Shown here in pieces: positions 9,996-18,828 of a DNA stretch of 64,000 bases (the stretch's first letter is position 1; every line of letters begins with the position of its first letter). The notes beneath the pieces are model-generated. The model was not told the DNA's origin. It saw nothing but the letters and a program-made list of their open reading frames with translations, and searched no databases. The stretch comes from Patescibacteria group bacterium UBA4787. GTDB lineage: Bacteria; Patescibacteriota; Patescibacteriia; UBA2591; UBA4787. Made by a program: the position numbers and the translations under genes. The DNA is taken from contig DHGX01000001.1 in assembly GCA_002402995.1 (NCBI GenBank), positions 12,850 through 76,849 on the forward strand, read 5' to 3'.

Positions 9996-10565
9996 TTACT
10001 TTAATATTTCTTTAATTAAATCGCCCACGCCAATTCTCTTTTCCGCGGAATATGGAATAACTTTATGACTTCCGACTATATCTTGAATTTTTTGAAGCTG
10101 CTTTTTGTATTCTGTTTTTTTTATTTTGTCTATTTTATTCGCGACAATAACAATGTTCTTCCCTTGCTCTTCCAGGGCGTGGAGCATTTCCAGATCATTA
10201 TCTGTCAGACCAACATTCGCGTCTATAATAAGCACAATTTTTTTCTGTTCGTAGTGCGACCTAAACAGGTACCAATCAATCATTTTTTGAAGCCGCTCCC
10301 GATCTTTCCATGAAGCCATAGAAAACCCGTACCCGGGCAGATCCACTAAATAAAAAGATTTATTTATCAAAAATAAATTTATCTCTTGGGTGCGCCCGGG
10401 AAAAGAACTGGTTCTAGCTAAGTCTTTCTGTTTAACCAAAGAATTGATGGTGCTGGACTTGCCCACATTTGAACGGCCGATAAAAACGATTTGGGGAATG
10501 CCGTTCTCTAAAATCTTGTCGGTTCCCACCACGCCTTTTACAAACTCTGCGGATAGTATATGCAT
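9996..10565 (-). CDS. engB: ribosome biogenesis GTPase EngB/YihA
   Basis: GRSNVGKSSTINSL G1 motif, DLPGYGF, and overall size. Confidence 0.8.
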   Translation of the reverse strand: MHILSAEFVKGVVGTDKILENGIPQIVFIGRSNVGKSSTINSLVKQKDLARTSSFPGRTQEINLFLINKSFYLVDLPGYGFSMASWKDRERLQKMIDWYLFRSHYEQKKIVLIIDANVGLTDNDLEMLHALEEQGKNIVIVANKIDKIKKTEYKKQLQKIQDIVGSHKVIPYSAEKRIGVGDLIKEILK

Positions 10566-10705
10566 ACATTTATAATAGCGTTAAATTGCCTTGCAATTAA
10601 AATTTTTTCCATAAACTTGCTATTTAACTTGCCACTGACATTTCCGTCCCAGTCGAACTCGAAACTATGATTTTGAAAAATGGCGGAGGGGGGGGGTATC
10701 CTTCG

Positions 10706-10999
10706 TTAAAACTTCGGATTACCTCGTCTCCCATCCTCGTGATCCTTCTCTAAAGCTACAGAAACCAGTCGTTTATAGGCAAAAGCTTTTCCTGATCCTG
10801 TTTTAAGGTATCGTTCAAAATCTCTTGCCTGTTTTTCTGTTTCGAAACCACCACACCAAATCAACCTCCAAGGACGACGTGGCTTGGTTGCTTTTATTTT
10901 TCCTTCGCTGTGTAATCTTAATCTCTCCTTTAAGTTATTAGTGGAACCGAAATAAAAAATAGGAGATTTTGAACTTGATAAAATATAACAATAATACAT
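10706..10999 (-). CDS. small stand-alone GIY-YIG nuclease family protein (97 aa)
   Basis: MYYCYILSS...IFYFGSTNNLKERLRLH matches the GIY-YIG core. The track ORF 10706..11212 extends over the tRNA, so it is trimmed here to the Met at 10997-10999. Confidence 0.7.
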   Translation of the reverse strand: MYYCYILSSSKSPIFYFGSTNNLKERLRLHSEGKIKATKPRRPWRLIWCGGFETEKQARDFERYLKTGSGKAFAYKRLVSVALEKDHEDGRRGNPKF

Positions 11000-11073
11000 A
11001 TAACCTATTGGCGAGCCATTCCGTAGCGCTCTGTCGCTCGAAGCCATGGAAGCGTAGTGGACTCTAGCGAAGG

Positions 11074-11161
11074 ATGGCGGAAGGGGGGGGATTCGAACCC
11101 CCGATACCTTGCGGTATACGCGCTTTCCAAGCGCGCGCACTAGACCACTATGCGACCCTTC
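11074..11161 (-). tRNA. tRNA-Ser (anticodon GGA), type II with long variable arm, CCA encoded
   Basis: Hand-folded: acceptor GGAAGGG/CCCTTCC, 3-bp D stem, anticodon stem CGCGC/GCGCG with loop TTGGAAA, variable arm ATACC-GCAA-GGTAT, T loop TTCGAAT. Confidence 0.8.
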
Positions 11162-11238
11162 CTTGTTTGCCTCCATTTTACTGGGAATTTTGATTTTTGA
11201 CAAGTTTTTCAACTTTCCAAAAAAAAGAAATATATTAC

Positions 11239-11353
11239 AATAAAGGGTATTAAGCCCTGTGTTTGTTTCGCTCGCCCCGCCTTGACTCGCGTCGGCGAGG
11301 CAGGTCGTAAAAGCAAATAAATTTGCTTTTCCCTCGCTTGCTCACAAATAAAT
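11239..11353 (+). repeat. family A intergenic repeat, long form, copy A4
   Basis: Near-identical to 5609-5724. Contains the GC core gccccgccttgactcgcgtcggcgaggcaggtcg and inner hairpin aaaagcaaat/atttgctttt. Confidence 0.8.
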
Positions 11354-11373
11354 CAAGAAAGGAGGAAACGAGA

Positions 11374-11490
11374 ATGAAGCTCGTTTATAAAATCTTCGGG
11401 TGGATTTTTGATTTGATTCTCTTTGTCCTTTTGGCGTTCCTCGCAGCTGTTTATCCGCTCAATAATCCACTGAAGAAAAAGAAAAAATAA
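11374..11490 (+). CDS. small hydrophobic protein (37 aa)
   Basis: AGGAGG RBS 7 nt upstream, a single TM helix, and a hairpin terminator immediately downstream. Confidence 0.35.
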   Translation: MKLVYKIFGWIFDLILFVLLAFLAAVYPLNNPLKKKKK

Positions 11491-11524
11491 AAGACGCCTT
11501 TCATTAACTAAGGCGTCTTTTTGA
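11491..11524 (+). terminator. rho-independent terminator
   Basis: aagacgcctttcattaactaaggcgtcttttt: a GC stem followed by a T run. Confidence 0.6.
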
Positions 11525-11585
11525 TTAATATTATTTTTTTTATAATAAAAAACTCCTGATTTTATAAATCAGGAGTTAATGGCAA

Positions 11586-12125
11586 TTAATGCCATAGGCT
11601 GAATTTGAGATGATTGAGAAACCTTGACGGGCGCCTCCATCCGTCGAGAATTTCCAGTAGATCAAAAACCACTTTGACCGGTTCAAGCAGGGCGTTGACA
11701 ATAGCTCCGGCCGAAAAATTCCGAACAGGGACAAGCCGCACCGGCAATTGACCCCATTCATTAAGCCGCCAGAGCAAACGGATACGGAAAAGATGATACC
11801 ACGAACTGACCAGAATAACCTCATCGAATTGCTCTTGCCGATAGCGCAGGATTTTTAAGGCCCGCAGAGAAAACTGAACGTTCTCCAATGTTGACTGAGA
11901 ATATTTCTCCACGAGAACGGTTTCGTAGGGCGCGTCTGCCACAACCGGCGGATACCAACAGGTATAAAATTCCCTGGCCATCGCCACTGCTGCACCGCCG
12001 GAAAGGATTAAAACCGTAGCCTCAAGCGGCGGAATTTTCCAATCCTCGCCGACAGCCGCCAAAAACCTTGTATGGGATTCGCCCACACATTCGGTTTCGC
12101 AGCTAAAAACAATTTTTAGTTTCAT
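11586..12125 (-). CDS. DUF218/YdcF-SanA-ElyC family protein
   Basis: 179 aa. The ILVSSWYHLFRIRLL region resembles the DUF218 core. Local GC is ~50% against ~35% in the flanks. Confidence 0.45.
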   Translation of the reverse strand: MKLKIVFSCETECVGESHTRFLAAVGEDWKIPPLEATVLILSGGAAVAMAREFYTCWYPPVVADAPYETVLVEKYSQSTLENVQFSLRALKILRYRQEQFDEVILVSSWYHLFRIRLLWRLNEWGQLPVRLVPVRNFSAGAIVNALLEPVKVVFDLLEILDGWRRPSRFLNHLKFSLWH

Positions 12126-12300
12126 TTATTTTTATTCCTTCTCTGTCTTCTGTATTTTAATGAACTAATATTTTTTATTATTATAAATATAGCATAAAAA
12201 TGGTCTTTTGTCAAATAAAAAATTTGACAGAAAGAGATTTTCTTGCTTTAATATTAAATACAAACTATTTGTTCTTGAAAAAAACAAAGGAGGAAAGTAA

Positions 12301-12636
12301 ATGGACGCCAAACACCGACTAGTGGTAGTCGAAAGTCCGCTCAAGGGCGACATGGCGATGAACAAAAAATACGCTCGCGCCTGTATGCGAGACTGCTTAA
12401 TGAGAGGCGAATATCCTTTTGCTTCGCACCTGCTTTACGCGCAGGAAGGAATCCTGGACGACACGATTCCAGCCGAGAGAAAACTGGGCATGGAAGCTGG
12501 TTTCGCCTGGGAAGAATTCGCCGATGCCACAGTGGTTTATGTCGATCTGGGTATCAGCGCAGGAATGGAAAAAGGTCTTCAAAAAGCCAAAGAAGCAGAA
12601 CGGCCCGTGGAATTCCGCCAACTGAAAGATTGGTAA
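12301..12636 (+). CDS. hypothetical protein, DUF4406-like (nucleoside 2-deoxyribosyltransferase-like fold)
   Basis: RLVVVESPLKGD near the N-terminus and VDLGISAGMEKGLQKAKEAERPV near the C-terminus resemble the family signature. Strong AGGAGG RBS. High local GC. Confidence 0.4.
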   Translation: MDAKHRLVVVESPLKGDMAMNKKYARACMRDCLMRGEYPFASHLLYAQEGILDDTIPAERKLGMEAGFAWEEFADATVVYVDLGISAGMEKGLQKAKEAERPVEFRQLKDW

Positions 12637-12673
12637 ACTCATTAGGTTAAACCATAAATCGGGAGAAACTGAA

Positions 12674-12838
12674 ATGGAATACATACTGCTTGTAATCGTA
12701 CTGCTCATTCTGTTCGGGGCTGCCGGAAGCTCTAAAAACAAGAGCGGTGGTGGCTGCATTATAAAATCACCGCCCAAAACCCCTCCGCCCGGACCACCGC
12801 CACCAATGAAACCACAACCAACCAGCAAGAACGATTAA
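12674..12838 (+). CDS. small membrane protein with Pro-rich tail (54 aa)
   Basis: RBS gggag upstream, TM helix LLVIVLLILFGAAG, then PPKTPPPGPPPPMKPQP. Followed by a bidirectional terminator. Confidence 0.3.
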   Translation: MEYILLVIVLLILFGAAGSSKNKSGGGCIIKSPPKTPPPGPPPPMKPQPTSKND

Positions 12839-12844
12839 TAAAAC

Positions 12845-12877
12845 AAAAAGGACTGTTAAAAACAGTCCTTTTTTTCT
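12845..12877. terminator. bidirectional hairpin terminator between the Pro-rich ORF and nrdD
   Basis: aaaaaggactgttaaaaacagtccttttttt: a symmetric hairpin with A/T runs on both sides. Confidence 0.6.
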
Positions 12878-12899
12878 TCTTGGCATTATTCAGAATAAA

Positions 12900-15011
12900 T
12901 TATTTTCTAATATCAAACATTTTCCTTTGCCTAAACTCTTCTTGTTTGCTGGCGTTCCAAACTTGAACCGGTCTAAAATATCCGACCACGCGGCTATAGA
13001 CTTCGCAAGCGCTTTGGCAAGTCGGACACTTAAAATGCTCACCGGACAAATAACCATGATTCGGACAAATGGAATAAGTCGGCGTAATAGTAAAATATGG
13101 CAATTTGCTGTTAGTTGCCAGCTTCTTTATTAAATTCTTGCAGGACTTAGCGTCAATCAAACGCTCGCCGAGAAAAACATGAAAAACCGTACCGCCGGTA
13201 TAAAAAGATTGTAAGCCCTCCTGGTTGCGTATCGCGCCGAATAAATCATCGGTTTCATTAACCGGCAAACAGGTCGCTTGAGTGTAATAAGGTTCGCGCT
13301 CACCGGAAGTGATAATGTCCGGATATTGCTTTTTGTCAAGATGCGGCAAGCGGTAACTGGTGCCTTCGGCCGGCGTAGCTTCCAAATTATAAAGATGGCT
13401 AGTTTCTTTTTGAAAAGTAATAATTTTGTCGCGCATAAAATTAAGAATTTCTTGAGCGAATTTCTTGCCTTCAGTAGACCCGATACTTTTGCCCAATAAA
13501 TTTAAACAGGCTTCATGGCCGCCGATCAAGCCGATGGTTGAAAAATGGTGTTTCAGGGTGCCAAGATATCTTTTGCTAAATGGCGTAAGCCCGTTTTGGA
13601 TATTTTTTTCCACGATTTCCCGTTTAATCTCTAAAGAATTTTTGGCTAATTCCATCACATAGCTCAATCCAAGAAAAAATTCTTTTTTGGCTTTTTTTAA
13701 ATTTTTTCCTTTGGCCGTTTTCTTCGCCACATAAGCCAAGCGCGGCAAGTTAATCGTAACCACGCCAATTGAACCAGTAGAATCTCCGGAGCCGAAAAGG
13801 CCTCCGGTAATATTGCGGCGAACTTCGTCTAAACGCAATTGCAAGTGGCAGCACATTGAACGGACATCGCTCGGGTCAAGGTCAGATTTAATGAAATTGG
13901 TGAAATAGGGCAACCCGTATTTGCCGGTCATTTCGAAAAGAAGCTCAGCGTTTTCGCTGTCCCAGTCAAAATCTTTGGTCAAATTATAAGTCGGTATAGG
14001 AAAGGTAAATGGCCGACCCTGCGCATCGCCCTCTTTCATCACTTCCAAAAAGGCTCGATTTATCATATCCATTTCCTTCTGATAATCGCCGTACTTCGTT
14101 TCCAAAAGCTTGCCACCGACAATAACCGGTTCATTTTTAAGATCTTTGGGCACAGTCCAATCAAAACTCAAATTAGTAAAAGGAGTTTGACCGCCCCAAC
14201 GGCTAGTTGTGTTAAGATTAAAAACCAACTGCTGAATCGCTTGTTTGACTTCTTTGTAATTTAATTTATCGGAGCGAACCAGGGGAGCCAAAAGAGTGTC
14301 AACAGAATTAAAAGCCATAGCGCCGGCCCATTCATTTTGCAAAGTGCCGATAAAATTGGACATTTGCAAAAGAGCCGTGTCAAAATGCTTGGCCGGTCCG
14401 GAAGAAGCCTTGCCTTCAACACCGCCGAATCCTTCATAAAGCAATTGCTTCAAAGACCAACCAGCGCAATAACCAACCACTCCGAAAGATAAATTATGAA
14501 TATGTATGTCGCCACGGCGATGCGCTTCCGAAATTTCTCTAGGATAAATTCTAGTTAAAACATAATCACTAATAACCGACCCGGCGATATGAAGCAAAAG
14601 ACCGGACAACGAATAAGTAATATTGCTATTTTCTTTAACGCGCCAATCCAGTTTGCTGATATATTCATCAATAACTCTTCCCACGTCAATAAAAAGCGAC
14701 TCCATCTCGCGCATTTCTTGATGTTGTTTGCGGTAAAGAATATACGCCTTAGCTATTTCATAGAGATTATTTTTAATCAAAACTTCTTCCACAATATCTT
14801 GAATGTCTTCCACGTTTGAAATTCTTCTGGCGAAACGACGCTTTAAGACTTTAACGACTTCGTTGGAAATTTTCTTAGCGGCTCGTCCGTCACGGCCTTT
14901 GACAGCGATAATCGCGCGATGGACCGCGTTAGTTATTCTTTCCTGTTCAAAAATCACTATGCGGCCGTCTCGTTTTTTAATCTCTTGAATCTTAGCTATG
15001 GTTTTCTGCAT
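12900..15011 (-). CDS. nrdD: anaerobic ribonucleoside-triphosphate reductase, class III
   Basis: N-terminal ATP-cone, C-terminal zinc ribbon CPNHG...CPTCQSAC and the glycyl-radical region RVVGYF. 703 aa. Confidence 0.85.
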   Translation of the reverse strand: MQKTIAKIQEIKKRDGRIVIFEQERITNAVHRAIIAVKGRDGRAAKKISNEVVKVLKRRFARRISNVEDIQDIVEEVLIKNNLYEIAKAYILYRKQHQEMREMESLFIDVGRVIDEYISKLDWRVKENSNITYSLSGLLLHIAGSVISDYVLTRIYPREISEAHRRGDIHIHNLSFGVVGYCAGWSLKQLLYEGFGGVEGKASSGPAKHFDTALLQMSNFIGTLQNEWAGAMAFNSVDTLLAPLVRSDKLNYKEVKQAIQQLVFNLNTTSRWGGQTPFTNLSFDWTVPKDLKNEPVIVGGKLLETKYGDYQKEMDMINRAFLEVMKEGDAQGRPFTFPIPTYNLTKDFDWDSENAELLFEMTGKYGLPYFTNFIKSDLDPSDVRSMCCHLQLRLDEVRRNITGGLFGSGDSTGSIGVVTINLPRLAYVAKKTAKGKNLKKAKKEFFLGLSYVMELAKNSLEIKREIVEKNIQNGLTPFSKRYLGTLKHHFSTIGLIGGHEACLNLLGKSIGSTEGKKFAQEILNFMRDKIITFQKETSHLYNLEATPAEGTSYRLPHLDKKQYPDIITSGEREPYYTQATCLPVNETDDLFGAIRNQEGLQSFYTGGTVFHVFLGERLIDAKSCKNLIKKLATNSKLPYFTITPTYSICPNHGYLSGEHFKCPTCQSACEVYSRVVGYFRPVQVWNASKQEEFRQRKMFDIRK

Positions 15012-15121
15012 TTTTATTTATATTATTTGGTTAGGGCGCGGATAAAGAAAAAATAATAATACCACAAAAACACGAAAAAAACAATCTCCGTTTTTGACGA
15101 TATATTTAATTGAATAATTAA

Positions 15122-16183
15122 TTATTTCAAGTCTGTCCTGGAAAAAGCGACGTAAATTTCATTGCCTGCTTCTGGGTTTACCAACATCAAAACCGGCAGT
15201 CTTTTGCTTGGTAACTTCTTGGTCTGCCAATTTTGTCCACCATCTACAGATCGTTCGAGAGAATTGTTCGTTGTATAATAAATCTCATTGGTGTTGCGCG
15301 GGTTCAAGCCAAAAGAATAAATTTTAATTTTGCCCGGTTGGCTCAAAAGCTTGTAAGCCGTCCAAGTCGAACCGCCGTCATCGCTTCTTAAGATTCCATA
15401 AGGGCTAATCGTTAAAATTGCATCTGGCTTAGTCTGATCAAAAACCAAACTAAGCACATCTCGGCCATTCGGAAAAGCCGCCAAAGATGAATCCAGGCTT
15501 TGCCAAGAACTTCCGCCATCGCCTGAACGCCAAATTCCATTTGTGGTTGTTAAAACATAAACAATGCCAGTATTGCGAGGATTAAGATATATTTTTTTGA
15601 CGCGCGCCTTAAAATCATTGATGGTTGACCAACTTAAACCAGCATTAGCGCTCCGAAGTAATCGTCCATCAGAAAGTCCGGCGTAAATTTTATTGACATC
15701 GCCCATATCTACCGCCAAAGAAGAAATCTCTGTGACTGGCGTTGCATCTAAATAAATATTTTGCCAACTGCGGCAACAATCGCCACTTTTATAAACTCGG
15801 TTACCCATGCCAACATAAATAACATTTCTGTTCTTGGGATCAAGAGCGATACTATTGATAACACCCTTGGGCAAACGGTTGACCGACTGCCAACTGAATG
15901 CGCTGTCCAAACTCAAAAAAAGACCGTTATCTTTAGTGGCCAAATAAAGAACTTGGCTGTCTTGGGGATCAAGCGCTAAATCAACAGCATCAACGCTTGA
16001 AAGATTCTGCGCGCCGGGCGTAACCGACAAAACAGCTATTTTTTGCTCCCAATGTTGAGCCTTATCAATTGATTTAAAAACACCACCATCCGCTTGGTTG
16101 GTAGTTATGGTGATGCAACTGGCACCCAAAAAAATAAAACTAACGCCCAGAACCACCAACAATGAAAACAAAATTTTTCTCAT
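15122..16183 (-). CDS. BNR/Asp-box repeat (sialidase/Ycf48-like beta-propeller) lipoprotein
   Basis: Signal peptide with lipobox-like GASC. Repeated S-x-D-x-G-x-(T/S)-W motifs (SGDGGSSWQS, SDDGGSTWTA, SVDGGQNWQT). Confidence 0.6.
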   Translation of the reverse strand: MRKILFSLLVVLGVSFIFLGASCITITTNQADGGVFKSIDKAQHWEQKIAVLSVTPGAQNLSSVDAVDLALDPQDSQVLYLATKDNGLFLSLDSAFSWQSVNRLPKGVINSIALDPKNRNVIYVGMGNRVYKSGDCCRSWQNIYLDATPVTEISSLAVDMGDVNKIYAGLSDGRLLRSANAGLSWSTINDFKARVKKIYLNPRNTGIVYVLTTTNGIWRSGDGGSSWQSLDSSLAAFPNGRDVLSLVFDQTKPDAILTISPYGILRSDDGGSTWTAYKLLSQPGKIKIYSFGLNPRNTNEIYYTTNNSLERSVDGGQNWQTKKLPSKRLPVLMLVNPEAGNEIYVAFSRTDLK

Positions 16184-16248
16184 ATAATTTTTAATATTTA
16201 ATTATATATTCATATTAGATTAATTAACCGAATATTCAAGTCGCCCTC

Positions 16249-17205
16249 TTAGTCTAAAGATACAAACAAATTGTCTAAAACAATCCTTTTATTAGCCGAA
16301 TAATTCAAATATATTTGCGCTTGGCGTAATTCTTCTAAAAAAAAGATTAATCGAGCAGGAGAAAATTTCTTAGCCAATAATTTAATTTTTTGGCTGTGCG
16401 ATTGATTAACGACTGGCAAATCCAAACTAGCCATAATAATATCTCTGATTATTGATTTCCATGCAGGGAAAGGAGCGTCGTTTAAATCAAGATTGGCGAC
16501 AAAATTTAATCTTTCCACCAGACCGCCGGATAAAACTTCTAAAAAAATACCTGCGTTGTTATCGTATCCATTCAAAAATAACTTATCGTTAGCCAATTTT
16601 ACGGCTATGCCAGGCCGACCGAAAGAAATCGAAGCGATCTGCGCTGCTTGTTCTTTTTTAATTTTAAGATCGCCGACCAAATAATTCTCGATATCTTCTC
16701 TTTTAGCTTGATTGAAACGAATTAGCTGCGAACGACTGACGATAGTGGCTGGAATACTTTTTAAATCATTAACCAAAAGAATAATGACCGATTTCTGTGG
16801 CGGTTCTTCCAAAATTTTTAAAAAAGAATTGGCAGCCGCCTGATTAAGATTTTCTGCTTCATTAATAATAGCCACCTTGTAAGAATTGTTGAAAGATCCG
16901 GAAGATAGTTTTTCCTTTAACTCGCGAATCTGGTCAATGGAAATATTTTTTTTGCCCTCTGAGCGATCAATCCAGAATAAATCGGGATAAAGATGCTCTG
17001 TGATTTGATGGATGGGGACATTCTCGCCGAATAATTTGGCGGCAAAATATTCTGCCACAAATCTTTTACCGAGATTTTTCGCTCCATAAAATAAATAAGC
17101 ATGGGATATCCTCCCATTCTTGATGCTGTTTTCTAAAAATTTAACAATTTTTTCGTGGCCGATTATTTTTGGTTCTGTGACCTTGAGATGATTCATATCC
17201 ATCAT
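16249..17205 (-). CDS. holB: DNA polymerase III delta-prime subunit
   Basis: AAA+ clamp-loader fold, GAKNLGKRFVAEYFA P-loop-like motif and an SRC-type region. 318 aa. Confidence 0.7.
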   Translation of the reverse strand: MMDMNHLKVTEPKIIGHEKIVKFLENSIKNGRISHAYLFYGAKNLGKRFVAEYFAAKLFGENVPIHQITEHLYPDLFWIDRSEGKKNISIDQIRELKEKLSSGSFNNSYKVAIINEAENLNQAAANSFLKILEEPPQKSVIILLVNDLKSIPATIVSRSQLIRFNQAKREDIENYLVGDLKIKKEQAAQIASISFGRPGIAVKLANDKLFLNGYDNNAGIFLEVLSGGLVERLNFVANLDLNDAPFPAWKSIIRDIIMASLDLPVVNQSHSQKIKLLAKKFSPARLIFFLEELRQAQIYLNYSANKRIVLDNLFVSLD

Positions 17206-17304
17206 AAATTAGAATTAAGAATAATGTTAAAATGTTACAATGCTATAGTGTTAACTATTCTATTTTAACATTTTTAGCGACAATTAACAAGCAAAATTTT
17301 AAAC

Positions 17305-17338
17305 AAAAAGAGGTGCATTTAAGTGCACCCCTTTAATT
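17305..17338 (-). terminator. rho-independent terminator for the 17339..17611 gene
   Basis: Hairpin ggtgcacttaaatgcacc followed by a T run on the minus strand. Confidence 0.55.
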
Positions 17339-17611
17339 TTAGAGGGTCGTCGGAGAACACAGATTGACGGCAAAGAGATTAAGCGGGACATCGTGCTTCT
17401 CCATAAAAGTACAAATATCCAATGTCAGAAAGATAATGTCATAGAACTTCATATCTTGCCTGATCATAACGATTAGACAGGGATTCTGGTGCCAAGCTTT
17501 ATCAAAAACCGCACGTTGTTCACCCACCATCAGGCCTGTAACTCCCGGCAGAGCCAAAAGTTCGTCCTGGATGCGATTTTTAATCGCTTCCAATTCGGTT
17601 ACGGGAACCAT
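17339..17611 (-). CDS. hypothetical small protein (90 aa)
   Basis: ORF with its own downstream terminator. No domain recognised. Confidence 0.35.
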   Translation of the reverse strand: MVPVTELEAIKNRIQDELLALPGVTGLMVGEQRAVFDKAWHQNPCLIVMIRQDMKFYDIIFLTLDICTFMEKHDVPLNLFAVNLCSPTTL

Positions 17612-17695
17612 TTCTTCCTCCTTTGTTTTTTTGAATTTTAAAAAGAGCTTTTTGATTAATATAAATTATACCACAAATAATATTTTTATCAAGAT

Positions 17696-18817
17696 TTACT
17701 TAGTAAATTCATCTATAACATCGAGGGTATTTTTGGCGCACTTTTCCCAAGAAAAATTCTTAGCTTGGATAAATCCAGCTGAGATCATTTCTTCCCTTAG
17801 TTCGCGCGAGGATAAAACTTGTTTAACCGCCTCTATCCATGCTTCAACCGAATCATTTTTAACCATTAAGGCGGCTTCGCCGCCGACCTCAACAAGAGCT
17901 TCGTTCGTGCTAATAATAATCGGTGAGCCGCAAGCCATGGCCTCTAAAACCGGCAAACCAAATCCCTCATACAAACTCGGCATTAAACACAATCTGGCAC
18001 CGCCAATAATAAAGGACATTTTATCTTCTTCAACCCAGCCCAATTCTATAATTTTATTTTCCAGTTTATGAAAAGCAATGCGCTGTTTTATCTCTTGATA
18101 GCCAAAATCCGGCTTGCCCAATAAAACTAATTTTAAATCTTGATTTTCATCGCTGATAGACTTGAAAGCGTCTATCAATTTAATTAGCCCTTTCTTTTTG
18201 GTTAAACGCCCAAAATATAGAAGATACGGTCCGGAAATTTTAAAAGCCATTAAAACTTCTTGAATTTTTTCTTGGGCATAAACTTTAAAAAGACTGGAAT
18301 CATAACCCAAAGGAACGACGACAATCTTTTCCGGCGAAACATCATAAAGATTGATCAACTCCCGTTTAGTAAATTCAGAGGGAACAATAATTTTAACTGC
18401 GTGTTTAGCGGCGAAACGATGGGCGAAACGATAATAAAATCTCTGCCATCGCGTATAGACTTCTGGGGATCTTTCAAAACCCAAATCGTGGATCGTGGTA
18501 ATAACTTTTTTTGGATGAATCAAAGGAAGAGCATGAGCCGGAACAAACAAAATATCAGGCGCCCTAAATAGCATTTCCAGAGACAGGCGAATTTGAGTCC
18601 AAAGATATTTAAAAGGCCAAGACAAAACTTTATTTTGCCAATGAGCGGGCAATTTAACCAAATCACTCGATAAAGGTGTCGGTGAATATAACAAAAAAAA
18701 GTGGTTGGTTGAATCCACTTTTTTCAAGGCTTCAATCAGATTATAAACATACCATTCTGTACCGGTCTTATAGTATCTTATCGCCGGCGAAACATCAATA
18801 CCGATTCGCATATCCAA
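17696..18817 (-). CDS. GT4-family glycosyltransferase (glycosyl transferase group 1)
   Basis: EGFGLPVLEAMACGSPII motif of the GT-B fold. Confidence 0.8.
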   Translation of the reverse strand: MDMRIGIDVSPAIRYYKTGTEWYVYNLIEALKKVDSTNHFFLLYSPTPLSSDLVKLPAHWQNKVLSWPFKYLWTQIRLSLEMLFRAPDILFVPAHALPLIHPKKVITTIHDLGFERSPEVYTRWQRFYYRFAHRFAAKHAVKIIVPSEFTKRELINLYDVSPEKIVVVPLGYDSSLFKVYAQEKIQEVLMAFKISGPYLLYFGRLTKKKGLIKLIDAFKSISDENQDLKLVLLGKPDFGYQEIKQRIAFHKLENKIIELGWVEEDKMSFIIGGARLCLMPSLYEGFGLPVLEAMACGSPIIISTNEALVEVGGEAALMVKNDSVEAWIEAVKQVLSSRELREEMISAGFIQAKNFSWEKCAKNTLDVIDEFTK

Positions 18818-18828
18818 TATATCTAATT

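Noticed and set aside
10706-11212. 168-aa six-frame ORF on the minus strand
   Set aside because: Its N-terminal 71 codons run straight through the hand-folded tRNA-Ser(GGA) gene at 11074..11161. Only the downstream 97 codons from MYYCYIL (GIY-YIG domain) are plausibly coding.
12397-12828. 143-aa Gly/Pro-rich ORF on the minus strand
   Set aside because: Antisense shadow of the GC-rich islet and of the Pro-rich small ORF. Low complexity, overlaps two better-supported plus-strand genes.
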